Assembly (NCBI GenBank): GCA_021613535.1
Contig: CP075494.1
Span: 12,462,001-12,526,000, forward strand
Direction of reading: 5' to 3'
Length of the DNA stretch: 64,000 bases
Origin: Adineta vaga
Lineage: Eukaryota > Animalia > Rotifera
A model generated the notes under the pieces. That model made no database searches and was not told where the DNA came from. It was given only the letters and a program-made list of their open reading frames with translations. The position numbers were made by a program, and so were the translations under genes. Within the stretch, counting starts at the first letter, position 1. The number at the start of each line of letters is the position of its first letter. Below are positions 1 through 13,675 of this stretch, one piece after another.

Positions 1-167
1 CGATAACGACGTGGAATTGAACGAAATAATATCTGTACTTTAACCATTATATATTTCAATGATTACTTACTCGGAATATATCGACACGTGTTTGTCGGTT
101 CGATATCATAATATTCATTTTTGTACCTTGCCATATTTTTATGTTCTGTAGTATGAATCATCTTCAT
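1..167 (-). CDS. 5' end of a spliced gene running off the window (product uncertain; ...IPRRY resembles SLC17/MFS N-terminus)
   Basis: In-frame ATGs at 167 and 134, GTAAGT donor at ~70, AG acceptor at ~38; spliced frame reads MARYKNEYYDIEPTNTCRYIP-IQILFRSIPRRY to the window edge. Confidence 0.35.
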
Positions 168-264
168 CAAAAAGCGATAGTTCGCAAATTAGCCTACGTT
201 TTATTTCTTCTTATATAAAAGTGATCAATATCCAAAAACAAAAAAAACGGATATTTGATGCGAT

Positions 265-1383
265 TTAATTTGTTTTTTTCAAACAAACTTCAATTGTAGA
301 TGTAATATTTTTTAAACCTTCCTTTAATTCTTCTATTGTTGGCCATCCATATCCGATTCGCATGAATTTTTTATCCATTTCAAACCAATGGCCAGGTCCT
401 ACAAATGTTTTGAATTTGTTATTTAAAACATTATAGAATTCTTCAGGATTAACATCGACTTTTATTCTTGGAAAACAAACAACACCTCCTTGTGGTTCAA
501 CCCATTCAAGATATTGATTGGATTCATTCATCCATTCTTTAATGATTTGAAATCGTGCTTGGATTTCATTCAAGATTAATGGTAATCGTTCGTTACGTGT
601 TAACATATATCGATAAGCAATTTCTTCATCGACAACAGAACCACAAATCATAATTTGTTCTTTTGCAGCAAGAAATTTTGTCATCAATTTTTTATCTTGA
701 CAAATCAACCAACCCATTCGGATTCCTGGAAGACCATACGTTTTTGATAGTGACGAAACGGATACAACATGTGTATCAAGAGATGCAGCAACGGGTAAAA
801 CATTTGCAAAGGTCATATCACGATATGTTTCATCAACTAGTAAAGTAATTCCTTTGTCTTTCGTTAAGGCAATAAGTTTATCCAGATCTGGACGAGATAT
901 AACCGTACCAGTTGGGTTATTTGGAACAGTTACACTAAGAAATTTTGTTTCGTTAGGTTTAATTTTACCTTCAATATCATTGACAGATGGTAAAGAAAAT
1001 CCATTTTCGAATTGTAGTTCAAGAAAATCAATATGAGCACCAATAGCACGAGGTGTTTCAATATTAGTAGCATAATTTGGATGTTCAACTAGAATACGAT
1101 CATTTTTACCAAGAAGAGTTGTTGAAACAATGAAGAGAGCAGTTGCTGCACCTGAAGTAAGTAAAACATCTTCTGGTGTAACACCTGCATCCTTAGCAAT
1201 CAATTCACGTAGTTTAAAATGGCCAATATGATCTCCATATGCAATAATAAGTTCTTGCAAATTTAGATTTAAATCACCAAGTTTCATATCTGTTACAGAA
1301 CTTTCAGTCAAATTGAACTTGACATTTTCATAACCCATTTGTTCGGGTGATTCAATTTCAATTGGCATTCGTGCATAATTCAT
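265..1383 (-). CDS. PLP-dependent class I/II aminotransferase, bacterial-like, intronless
   Basis: 372 aa ORF with fold-type I motifs TSGATAAL, PNNPTG, VDETY, SLSKTYGLPGIRMGW (PLP lysine), FVGPGHWF and RIGYG. Confidence 0.92.
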   Translation of the reverse strand: MNYARMPIEIESPEQMGYENVKFNLTESSVTDMKLGDLNLNLQELIIAYGDHIGHFKLRELIAKDAGVTPEDVLLTSGAATALFIVSTTLLGKNDRILVEHPNYATNIETPRAIGAHIDFLELQFENGFSLPSVNDIEGKIKPNETKFLSVTVPNNPTGTVISRPDLDKLIALTKDKGITLLVDETYRDMTFANVLPVAASLDTHVVSVSSLSKTYGLPGIRMGWLICQDKKLMTKFLAAKEQIMICGSVVDEEIAYRYMLTRNERLPLILNEIQARFQIIKEWMNESNQYLEWVEPQGGVVCFPRIKVDVNPEEFYNVLNNKFKTFVGPGHWFEMDKKFMRIGYGWPTIEELKEGLKNITSTIEVCLKKTN

Positions 1384-1872
1384 CTTTGATGTCGAATAAT
1401 GTTTTACTTCAATCTAAAAAGCAGATAGAATGCCAAAAAACAACTCAACTCAACTTGGTTTTGTTTTTCTACACGTATCTGAAGTTCTATATATAATAAA
1501 GGTTATCATGTTTAAGATAATGTGTTTCACTTTTTACATATGTTGATTATTTGCCATTAGTTTTTCTTTATATCATTTTATTTTCATGATAAGTATATAG
1601 GTAAGCAACAGAAAAGAAAATACTGTCTGTTAACAAATGATATAACAGTTTTGTTTTCACATGTATACGTTTGCAAAAAAGAAAATAGACACGCATAAAT
1701 AAGCACAATAAAACACTAAAATATCTTCCTGTCTTCCATTTCAATCACATAAAACCCAATATATATATGTATATGAAATATAAATAACAATTTTATGTTC
1801 AAGAAAACTCATTTCAAATGAACATAACAGAGTATTAAAAAAAAACAAATCATTATCATACGTTTTCTTTAA

Positions 1873-4800
1873 CTAAAGATGTTTCTCCTTTCTTTTTCGA
1901 GGATTTTTTCGTTTTCTTCGTTTTCACTTGTTTTCCATCTAATACAATAGAATTTTTCAATATTTCATTTGCAAAATAAATCAATACACTTACTCTCAGG
2001 TACAGGTGATAGAACTCCTTCATTTGACTGTCGTTCGTAACTAGTTGAATTTGGAGTTATATTTGATGAATCAACATTCTCTGAATTGTTCATATCATTA
2101 CTATTAATCATTAAATGTGATAGAGGTGAAATCATTCCATGTGGACTAGTTGTTGGCATTGGAAATCTTGGATGCATCATAAATGCATTGGGAGGAGGAT
2201 GAGGTAGGAAAGGTGTCGGATAAAATGGAGGTCGAGGAAGACCAAACATAGGTGGTCCTATAAAATGAACGAAATTTTTATTAATAAAAACATAGTATGA
2301 ACTAACTTGGCATGAACATATCAGCAGGACTAGTAGCACCGGATTCATTACGTTGATGATCAATAGGTCTAAAACTATAAATATCGCGAATCGATTATCT
2401 GAACTAGTGAGCAATGTAATTACTTTTCTGCTTGTTGATATAAATTTGGTGAATTACCATTTGTTTCTAATTCACCTAAACAATGACAGAATAAAATCGT
2501 TATGTTTCAATTCTCTTTTACCATTGTTTCCATAATGTTGTGGTACGGGTTTAATCATAGTTTTTTCTTGCGAAGAACTTGCATATTTTGTAATTCTACA
2601 AATTTCAATGAAATATTTTAATGATTAATAAATAGTAAAACATACTGTTTGCGTAAAGCTTCACATTCTTTTTTGGAAATATCCAATTCACGGATCAATC
2701 GTTTTACTTCCATCCATTTTTCATGAGTTTCATGTTGTAATTTACCACATTCTTCATTGAATTTCATTTGTTCAGTTGAAAGAACTTTTTGCACATCATC
2801 CAATTGTTGTCTAAACCAAACAGATATTTCAATTAGTTTTTAGAAATGAAAAGAAATTTTACTGTTTAAGATCAAGTTGTTGTTGTAGGATTCGTACACG
2901 TTCTGTATCATTTCTTGCTTTACGTAATTCAGCATCTGTTTGTCCTAATTGTCGTATATGTAAATGAGCATCACGTTCACGTAATTCTAACACAACTTTT
3001 AGTTTAGTTTCCATTTCTTTTGCTCGATCTTTTTCTTGTTTTAATAACAGATCAAGTTCTTTAATTCGATTCGTTTTTTCGTCAATTTCATGATGTAAAT
3101 TACGAATATGTTGATTGGATTTTTCTAAATCATTATCAACAGTTGAAAGAAGTTGTTGATTACTACTCGAAGAGTTCTCTGTAATCAACAAAAGTAAATC
3201 TTCAAATTCTAGAAAAGAAAAGAAAAGAAGAACAACATAACAAATGGAAGTCAGATAATTAAATATTACCTTTAGGTTCTTCTTCATTAATTTTCTCTTG
3301 AATACGTTTGATAGTTTGATCACGTTGTTCAAGTAGAACTTTTAATTGTTTCATACGAAGAGTTAATTGATTATTTTCGATGTCAAGTTGATTCGAATGA
3401 TCTTGAATTTCTTGAAGTTGATCTTTCTGTGTGAATTTATCTTGTTTTAATTGAGTAATTTCAGATTTCAATTCATGAATTAATTCTTGAGATTTCTCGA
3501 AACGTTCTAAAGAGAGATCATTCGATTGATATCGACTAATAGTTGCTCGTTCTTTTTCTAAATCTTGTTTCAATTGAAGAATCTAAAAGATTCAATAAGA
3601 AAATATCCATTGATAAACTGCTCTTCTATCTTACTTCATTATTTAAATATGCAACAGCCTCTGCTTGTCTTTGCATTTCATATTCATGTTTCTGAATTAG
3701 ATTTTGTTTATGATCAATATTCTGTTGTAATGCATCACGTTCAGCACGAACTGTTTTTAAATCATCTTGAAATCGAAAACATTCTTCACGTAATGTAAAT
3801 AGATCTTCATCGGAATCGCGAACTGGAACGCTTTTTAATTCTTCAATTTCATCGGTTAGTCTTAACGAGAAGAAAATATATTTTTATAAAAATAACTATT
3901 GTTTCTATGTATGCATACTTTTGATTTTGTCGTTCAAATGTCGAACGTTCAAGATCAATTTGATTGTTATATTGTTGAAGTTGTTGACAACGAGCACGTA
4001 CTTCTTTTTCAGTTTTACTCTGTTTCAATCGTTTTGTGCCCATAGAAAGAAATAGGAAACTGAATAAAGCACACAATGTACAAACAGAACCAAACCACAT
4101 TGTATTCATAAGAACTTCTCGATCTTCTATACGTCCGAAAAAGACTGTTTGTACAAAATCAGGTAACTAGAAATAAATATCGTTCGAAAAATGAAATTAG
4201 TAAAAGTAAACAAAACATACTATGTTGAGAAATCGAAAAATTTGATTTTCTAATAATTCTATACTTGGTTCGAATCGTTTCGGTAAACGCCAACAAATTT
4301 GTCGATTCTTATCTTGATTACGAGTATTGTTCACTGTTGTATTCATTTTCAAGATACTAGAATTGTTGATATTATCAATCTAAATAGAACTAGGATATAA
4401 AAAAATTAAAATGTTGCGAAATAGCATACTTTCGTTTCATTCGATAACATTGGCAATTTCTCATCGATAAGTGGTTCATGCGTATTAATATCAGGAACTG
4501 AACTAGTAGTGCCAATTGTTGTTGTTTTATCGACATCTTTGTTTAACGTCAAGTTTGTATTTGTATTTGAATCATCAGTCGATGGTGTGACATTCAATGT
4601 ATCCTGTTGATTCATTATTTTAGGCGTATGATGAACACGTACTTGACGAGGTAAATCAATATTATTCACAGGTTTCTGAATTTGATCATTTGAAAACGGA
4701 ATTTGTTGCGTGGTAGTTTCAATATGTGGTTTTTCTGTTGTAGTAGATGGTGCTGTGGTTGCATATTTATCTTTATCGTTCAAATCTTTTGTGACTATCG

Positions 4801-5663
4801 TTTCATGTTGATTAACATCTGCTGAAGAAATTAATTAAGAGATGATTAACGATGAAAAAAAAGACTTGATTTACTTTTTTTTGTCAGATCTTCTGTTGAA
4901 TCTGGTATATGTCGAGGATGTACATGAACTTTTGGTGTTGCTGAACGTAGAATGCGTGCTGCTGTTGTTGTTGCTGTTGTTGTTGTTGTTATAGTTACTG
5001 GAATGTGAGATTCAGTTGATGTTGTTGTACTAGCAATTGTACTTGTTTCAGTTGGTTTCGATGAAATCGAGGGTGTGGGTGAATTCGAAAGACTATTTTG
5101 AGTTGTAGTGTAAATTGTTTGTTGTGTACTTGTAAATGTTGGAATGTGATCAGAAATTGGTTTTATTTGTTCTTGCTGTTGAGATTGAAAATTATTATTC
5201 ACTAATTTTACATTCAATTTATCATTCGAAATTGGAATGTCTGTTTTTATTTGACGAACTACTACTGGTGCTTCGGTTGATTGTTGTTTCGTTTGCGAAT
5301 GTAAAGGCGTTGAAGGTGTGTTGAAATTATTTGAAACAGAGACTGGTACTTGAGTTTGCAATGAGATATCTACAGATGGAGTTGTAAATTGAATTGGTTG
5401 TTCATAGTTAACATCAGATGGTTTAATAGATGGTTGTTTAAAATCTTGCGATATATGAGAATGTATTTCAGTTGCCTCCTCATTTCTATAACTATTTGTT
5501 GTTTCTAATGAAGTAAAAAGGAACTTTTTCATTCATATTTGATTAAAACGAAAATGTGCAACTAACCGGCATGTTTATTAACTGGATCTATATGATTCAG
5601 ATCATGGCAATAACAAAAACAAAGAAAGAAAAAATGCAGAATCAATATCTTCGAAAACCTCAT
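1873..5663 (-). CDS. TANGO1/cTAGE5 (MIA3/MIA2)-like ER-exit-site protein, multi-exon
   Basis: Exon 1 (5663-5567) encodes a signal peptide MRFSKILILHFFFLCFCYC; then a T/S/P-rich region (4406-5510), TM segment WFGSVCTLCALFSFLFLSMG, long coiled coils (~2650-4000) and a Pro-rich tail (GPPMFGLPRPPFYPTPFLPHPPP). This domain order matches the family. Confidence 0.7.
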
Positions 5664-5940
5664 CTGAAAAAAACCAAAAAAATTTCCAATTGAATTAAAA
5701 CAAAAGTTTTTTCTTTTCTTTTTAAGAATGTGTAAATCATTTTTTCGTCAATAACGACAACACGACGACGACGACTAGACATCCATCCTGAACGGTATTT
5801 TAGAGCGTCCAATAAAAAATCGAATGCTGTACGCATTGAGTTTTGTAAGAGAACAAACAACATGGTTTAAAGCGACAGTAAAATTAATTGATTAAAAAAC
5901 AGTTAAACTATAAAAATCGTTTTTTTACTTTTTTTTTCAT
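5664..5940. promoter_or_regulatory. Probable bidirectional promoter region between the TANGO1-like gene and IPK
   Basis: Head-to-head ATGs only 277 bp apart. Confidence 0.45.
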
Positions 5941-6818
5941 ATGGTTACACGTATTATTAAAATCGGAGGTGCATCTATCACAGATAAGAGTCAATTTGAA
6001 CAAGTTCGATTGTCAAATATTGATTTTATTGTTGATTTATTTAAAACAAATTATCAAAATTTAATTTTAATTCATGGAGCTGGATCATTTGGGTAAGAAA
6101 AACGAAAATTAATCAAATGAATTTTATTGAATAGTTTTATAGTCATCATCAAGCAAAACAATTTAAATTAAATGAAGGTTATCTTCCGACTGATGATTAT
6201 GAAAAATGTCGTTGGGGTGTTTGTGATACACGACGATCATTAGGTCGTTTACAACAATATCTTCTAGATGCTTTTCTACGTAATCAAATTCCAGTTGTTA
6301 CCGTTTCACCATTCAATTTTCTTCTTTCGGATAAATTTGAATTAATTGAAGAAAATTTTCAACATCTTTGTCAACATCTAGAACAACTTCTCTCATTTGG
6401 TTATGTTCCACTTTTACATGGTGATGTTTTATTAGATAAAACGAAACATTGGCGAATATTTAGTGGTGATGATTTATTATTAAAACTAGCGGAATATTTC
6501 AAACCACGACAATGTGTCTTTTTAACATCCGTACCTGGAATACTTCGATTGGATGGAAGTGTGATTGAAGAATTCTATATTGATGAAAATAAATTTGATG
6601 AAATGAATTCTCAATCAAAAACAATCGATGTAACAGGATCAATGCAGAATAAAGTCATGATTGCAAGTGATATTGTGAAGAAAATTGATGAATGTCAAGT
6701 ATTTATTTTACAAGGTGTAAGTGATGATTCAAGACAACTTCTATCTTCACACATAGACAATGAACATCTCGTTTTAAATGGTTGTACACGAGTTTTAAAA
6801 AGAAAGACATCCATATGA
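5941..6818 (+). CDS. IPK: Isopentenyl phosphate kinase (amino-acid-kinase family), 2 exons
   Basis: ATG at 5941, intron 6093-6142; motifs IKIGGASITDK, IHGAGSFGH (IPK signature His), PLLHGDV, FSGDD, DVTGSMQNK. The ORF track shows only the C-terminal 89 aa. Confidence 0.88.
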
Positions 6819-8442
6819 TAAATAAATACAAAATAATCATTCTAATGTATTTGAAAGTGATCATCTGGACAATGAAAGTAAACTATTGTTAAATAGCACG
6901 CTTTCATTCTCATTATGTTATATGAGACGATGGCGGCATCAGTTTATTAAAAGTTCATCTATAATTCATATACTAATCATTTTGTTCTCATTGTTATTTA
7001 ATCGAAGAAATGATTGAAATCTATTCGTATTATATTTCCAATGAAAGAATTCTTGTCATTTGACAAGTCACATACGACACGATGAGAATGTCCGACGAAG
7101 AAGAAGAAGAAGAAGAAAAAAAGTGTTATTTATTACAAAAAACAAAGAATTCAATAATGTTTTGTCATATTCTGTTATGAATATTTACACCGTTCATTTT
7201 CACATAGTGACTCTTGATTGAATCGCGCGCATCGTTTTTTTTTCTATTACATACTTCATATAATTACAATCTAAATTCAGTTCAAATAAAAAAAAAGTGG
7301 AGAGCTCGATTTGAGTTCTTTTCATCTCGCATCTCTCTTAACTTTTACATCTCTATGTATGTATAAATACACACGAACAAGTTGTACGAATATTGACAGA
7401 ATTCAATTGAATTGAACATCGAGTCAAGTCTGCACTTGATCGAATGCTTTGATATAACAAATTTTCAATTTAATGGTATGTTGATATTGTCTGTATGTTC
7501 TTGTTCTTTATAATTTGTTCTCTTTTTTTTCTGTATATCTATTAGAATGTAGTCTCTAGTTTCAACAAAAGAAAAAGATTATAAAAAAAAATTTTCGAAG
7601 AACGAGAACATAAGAATTATTTGACCGTTTGATGGTACCGTAATACTTACTCTTTTCTTTTATTCTCTCCGCCTACCTAATGGATAATTGAAAAGAAAAG
7701 GAATCAGTAACAATGTCTTAGAGCTATTAGACACATATAGGTGTATATATATATACCTATATAGATCGATGTAAAAAAACAAACTTCATATTACTAAGTA
7801 CCAGTGCTTTTAAAGATAAAAAAAGTGATCATTTTTGACCAAAAAACTAGGAAGATGTCTTTTTCTTTCTTTGTTCTTGAATATAATCATCCAACTTGAA
7901 ACTGATCCATCTATGCTCGTGTCATTCCATTAAATTTGTCTTTGTCATTCTCATTTTGTTGATGTTAGAATGAATAATGGAATACACAATGAACTGACAA
8001 CACGTCAAATAATACCAACGACTATTCAATCATTGTATGCATACGTAAGTCTAATTGGTAGGATCATATGCATTCTCGTGCACATGTTTGTATTGAAACA
8101 TATCTAATCAAAGAGAAGTAACTGACTAATAGCCTAGAGTACAAACTAATAGCTCGGATAGTTTGAAGAAGAGAAAAAATCGAAAGATAATGATGATGAG
8201 AGTGTATGCATGCACACAAAAGCACGTTTCATTAATTCATTGTACCCTTGCGGCATATTGGATATTAACTAAAAGAGAAAACATCATCCACAATCGATTA
8301 CGTCGAAGGTCTTTTTTTCTTTTCATTCTTCGATTTCTTCTCATTATCTTTCTTATTAACAGTGATACTTTCATCGTCGTCATCTCAATATGAAACTAGA
8401 AAGATCTTGCGACAATCATTTGATTATCGAAAGATCAAAACA

Positions 8443-11273
8443 ATGTCAACGTATTTCCATGTAAGTTTCAATCTTTTATCAATGAAAATTTTTAATCAAT
8501 GTCTATCATTAGTATATTCAATCATCAATAAAATGTCAAATTGTTGTTCATGGTTAAATCGACAATATTGTTGTTGTCGACGGCAATCACGAGGCACATA
8601 TATCTATCTCTATAGTCCAACAATGGGTAGTTCATCATCATTATTTCATTGTCTTATTTGTATACTCTGTGGATTTTGTCTTGCATTTATTCTTATTTTA
8701 ACAACTATTATTATCTATAATATGAACAGTAAGAATCTATCATTAACATCAAAATCGCATACAAATCACGATATGCTACCTATTGCAAGAAAACGACAAT
8801 TACAAGATTTTGTTAATACTAACATTGATCCTTGTGAAAATTTTTATGATTTTGTGTGTGATAAATGGACTCAACAGAGAAAAAAAGAACGATCTTATGA
8901 TGGTGATGATACTAATGATGACGAAGATAGTTACAAACATAAATGGACACGTATTCGACATCGTATTCATGATAAACTAATGATTAATATGACTAAAGAT
9001 CAATCAAAATCAAATCAAAGTATGTAAATAGCAAATACTATTCAATCACTATCGTTTTTATTTCTCTTGAACATTTAGATAATATCTCATCAACAACTTC
9101 CTCTGTTTTAACATTGTATCAATTATGTGAAACTGAATCTCCTTCTTCATTACTTGATGAAGTTGAACGTTACTTTGCTCTTCTCATTCAACAAGAACCT
9201 TATCGATCATACTTAACTCTTTTTAACCAAACTACTTCAACTGATTCGATTTCTTCTGTACCACTTCATTTTCAATATAATCCATTCTTTAAATTAATCC
9301 ATTCAGCATCAAATCATTCATTTACAACAATTCTTCGATTTCATCGTCGATCATTACCATCACCTTTACTCATACTTCCTAATTTGAATGTTTTAAATCA
9401 AACAGCACTTGCTAATCTAATCAAATTTGATAAAGATTATACCAAATTTTTACAAGATGCCAATGATACGATTAAATTCTATGAACAAGAATATAATCAA
9501 AATTCTCTTATAGTCAAACGAATATTAGTCTATCCTGATTATCATATATGTCTTTCATCATTGAATGAAACAAATGGTTTTAGAAAATTAATAGAATTAT
9601 TAAATCATTTTCTTCAAACTCGTTTACGTAAATTTAATACTCGAATAGTTGATAAACAAATTCGTATTCTTGACAAAATTACAAATAATCATACATTAAT
9701 TGAACATCTTCGACGTATTCGATTAGAATTTAAAGTTCTCGAACAAATTTTACCTTTTGAAGATCAATCAATCAGTGATAATTCTTCATGTATTATCCAT
9801 TTACTCGATCAATTACTTGATAAACGTATGAAAATTTCCGATTTATCAATAAATCTGAATTTCTATTCGGATAATACAACATTAGAATATTACATGTCAA
9901 ATGATTGGCCTTATATAATGATGTTGCATGATCGGTTGTTGAAAACTACATTCAAAGATACACTTGTTAATTTCATTTTTTTCGATTATTATCGACATTT
10001 AATTTATCCTTATTATCAACCACATATTCATCGTTCGATTGATTTTAATCTGAATTTGAAAATTGAATCTTCTAGTTTATCCTATGGCACACCGAGTTCC
10101 AATCTCTCATGTCAAATTAATAATTGTTTCGATATTTTAAATTGTTATCATTCATCTTTACTTATTCAAACATTAGTTGATCGAAAACAGGTAATAAAAA
10201 TTAAACGAATAGCTTACAGTGCATTTTAGCATCATATGATTAATCAATGATCGACAGAGAGGAAGAAAAACAGAACAGAAAGGGGTGTGTCATTTGATAC
10301 ACATAGAGAGAAGAATGTAGACTCAAAAATTGGCAACATTTGTTCTTTTTTTTCTTCAGTTACAAGGTTTTATTGAGTAGAAGTTAATTTGTTTGCTAAT
10401 CAAATTCCACATAATATATAGAAGGAAAAAAAAACGTAACATATTACTCTAGTCAAATGAAAACGTACTTTGCATACAAGTTTTTAAATTCAATATTTAA
10501 CAGGAATGTTCTCGAAAGACAAAACTTAATTGAATTCGATTCTTTTCTATATTTAGATTTCACTTGATTCAATACAGATTATTGTTGAAAATTTAATCAA
10601 TCGTTTTCGTTTGATTATCGAACAATCAGATAATCTGTATACAGAAGAAAAAAATCTTTTAATAAATCAATTAAATCAAATTAAAATTATCATTGGTCAT
10701 CCATTTTCATCTCTATTAACTTTACCTTATCTTCATTCATCATCCTATCTCGATTATGTACAATTATTTGCTACAATTTCATCTGATCAACAAGATCACC
10801 AGTATTCAACCGAACCAATTTATAATCCCAACGATCATACATTAATTCTTCCCTATGGATTTATTTATCTCTCAAATCATTCAATTGAATATCCATTAGT
10901 CAAATTTCTTTTAAAAATTCTTTCGGAAACAATTCAATCAAATCCATTTTATATTGAATGTTTAATTAAATCTTTTGATGATTCAAATTCAACACTAATG
11001 GATACAAATGATGAACATATAACCTATCTTCTATTTCGTACTTCATTTCTATATGAACATAATATTATTTTTGATGAATATTTATGGCCATTTATAAGTA
11101 CAAATTCTTTAATAAAACGTTTTCTTATTGATTATACAGCAAATAATTATTGTCAAAATACTAATACTTATCGATTATTTCTTAATAATACTTATTTATA
11201 TGATGATATTTCTTTAGTATTTCATTGTCCTCAAGCAAGTTCTATTAAACAATCGAAATGTAGTGTTATTTAA
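8443..11273 (+). CDS. Divergent neprilysin/M13 peptidase-like type II membrane protein lacking HExxH
   Basis: TM anchor followed by DPCENFYDFVCDKW (M13 N-terminal motif), KIIIGHP, YNPNDHTLILPYG and C-terminal FHCPQ...KCSVI; introns ~8461-8512, ~9020-9078, 10191-10557. Confidence 0.75.
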
Positions 11274-12245
11274 ATTTGTCTGTTCATTTTTCTTTTATTT
11301 TATGTACAACAAAACAGAAACAAAAATCTTTACATTATTTACATTTATATCTTTAACAATAAAGTTCATTTGTATTCGTTAGTGTTCGTATTGAAATTGT
11401 ATAATCGAATTTTTCTATAATGTGCTATTAGAATTAATTCTACCGATGTTGAGCAGTATACCATCGTATCACAGATCAATTGATTTAATGTACTAAAAAC
11501 CATTCTAAGAGATTGATAATATGTTCAAGTCGTCGTATCTTTTGTTGAAGTTGTGATTAAACAAAAACCATCGTTTACTGTTGGAGATGTTGTTGGAGAT
11601 GATAAATCCTGTATAGAGACGATTTCATCGAAGGCTCGAGCATGAATACCAGGATTGTATGTAATTGAAACAAAGTTTCGTGAATGAAATGCCATAATTA
11701 GATTACGTTGAAAGAATAAATTTATAAAATATTTTAACATTCTCTTGTAATATACACTATATGTATTCTTACGATTTTTTTCTAGTATGATAGCTTTGTT
11801 ATGAGTATTTATACCTCGTTGTTATTGTGCACGTAACGCACTTTTATTCTGTTACTTGCGAACGAGTTGAAGGAAAGAAAAAAATGTTTCGTACTCGGTT
11901 ACATGCTCTTTCCTGCACTCTACGATCAAATCATATACTGTTCTCCTAGAGCGTCTATCGTGTTAGCTGTCATGTGTTACCCTATTCTATTCTTTCGAAA
12001 ACAGAAAGCACATATGTTGCACTAAAAAAATACGTAACTTCTCTTTACATTATTTCCTTTTCTTTTTCTGTATAATAAGAAAAGACAACCAATGCTATTT
12101 ACCAGATAACCTTGCGTTTCGTATGAGATATTTTTCTTTATTAGGATGATAAGCCTGTATCAAAACAAACGAACGACAACAAAGACAGAAAAAGAAGAGA
12201 AACAACACTCAATGGTATGAAACAGTTCATTTTTAGATTATATGT

Positions 12246-13675
12246 TTAAATGAGGTCAGCAACATTCATTGGCATTTCATCAATTTGTGTTGCATAATAT
12301 TGTTCAATATCTCGTAAGATACGGATATCATCATTCTTTACAAAATCTATAAGAAAAAGAAAAGAAATAGAGAATAAATTAATAGTATGGATTTATTCAA
12401 CTTACTGATAGCAACACCTTTACGACCAAATCGACCAGAACGACCAATACGATGAATATACAATTCACGAGAATTTGGAAGATCGTAATTAATAACCAAA
12501 CTAACTTGTTGTACATCGATACCTAGATGAACAACAAACGATGCAATTTTTATAGAGGAAAATTTAATTCTTAATATTACCTCGAGCCCAAACATCTGTC
12601 GTAATCAATACACGTGTGTCACCAGCACGAAATTCTTTCATAATAGCATCACGTTCTTCCTGTTTCATATCACCATGCATAGATGAAACAGTAAAATTAG
12701 CTTCACGCATCTTTTCAGTTAACCAAGTAACTTTACGTTTTGTATTACAGAAAATAACGGCTTGTGTAATCGTTAATGTATCATAGAGATCACATAATGT
12801 GTCGAATTTCCATTCTTCACGTTCAACAGCAACGAAGAATTGTTTGATGCCTTCAAGAGTCAATTCATCACGTTTAACTAAGATACGAATTGGATCAGTC
12901 ATAAATTTTGTGGTTATTTCCAAGATTTCATGTGGTAAGGTGGCTGAAACAAGGACAACTTGTGTTTGAGGTGGTAAATGACGATAGACTTCATAGATTT
13001 GTTCTTTGAAACCAAGATTAAGCATTTCATCGGCTTCATCCAACACTAACATTTTAATGTGACGAGTTCCTGAAATAAACAACAAAATTATAGTCATTGT
13101 TCAAATTCAATTATAGAACTTAAACTTCTTTAGAAAAATAAATGATACATACGTAAAGATCCTCGATTGATCATATCAGTGACTCTTCCTGGTGTACCAC
13201 TGACAATATGTTGTCCATAATCAAGTTTACGCATATCTTCTCCTGTACTAGTACCACCAATACAAGCGTGACATTGTACATTCATAAAATCACCAATAGC
13301 TAAAACGACTTTTTGAATTTGTGTTGCTAATTCTCTTGTTGGCGATAAAACTAATGCTTGCGTTTCGCGAATATTAGTATCTAATTTTTGTAACATTGAA
13401 ATTGAAAATGTTGCTGTTTTACCAGTACCCGATTGTGCTTGAGCAATAACATCACGTCCTTTAATAATTGGACGAATACTACGTTGTTGAATTGCTGATG
13501 GTTTTTCAAACCCATACGAATAAATACCACGAAGTAGATTTTCATTTAAATTCATTTGATCAAATGTTGGACATACTTCAACATCTTCACTTGTTTCAAA
13601 ATCAACGGCTTCAATATCATGACCTGTTTTGACAGTACGTTGACGTTTAGCTGGACGTTCAGGAATTGCTGACAT
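12246..13675 (-). CDS. EIF4A3: Eukaryotic initiation factor 4A-III (EJC DEAD-box helicase), 4 exons
   Basis: [21 protein letters not shown] and [10 protein letters not shown] motifs; eIF4AIII-type [22 protein letters not shown] and TDVWARG; C-terminus [11 protein letters not shown]. Confidence 0.97.

Noticed and set aside
663-1036. Plus-strand ORFs inside the aminotransferase, and similar antisense or shifted ORFs over WDR70, the transposase gene, innexin, GPCR, NCS-PLAT and ER
   Set aside because: Shadow ORFs of real genes
11385-11740. Short minus-strand ORF with downstream coding-like text
   Set aside because: No recognisable family and no consistent exon chain; at most a weak relic
12246-13675. 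eIF4A-I/II identity
   Set aside because: TDVWARG, DYGQH and the C-terminal features match eIF4A-III
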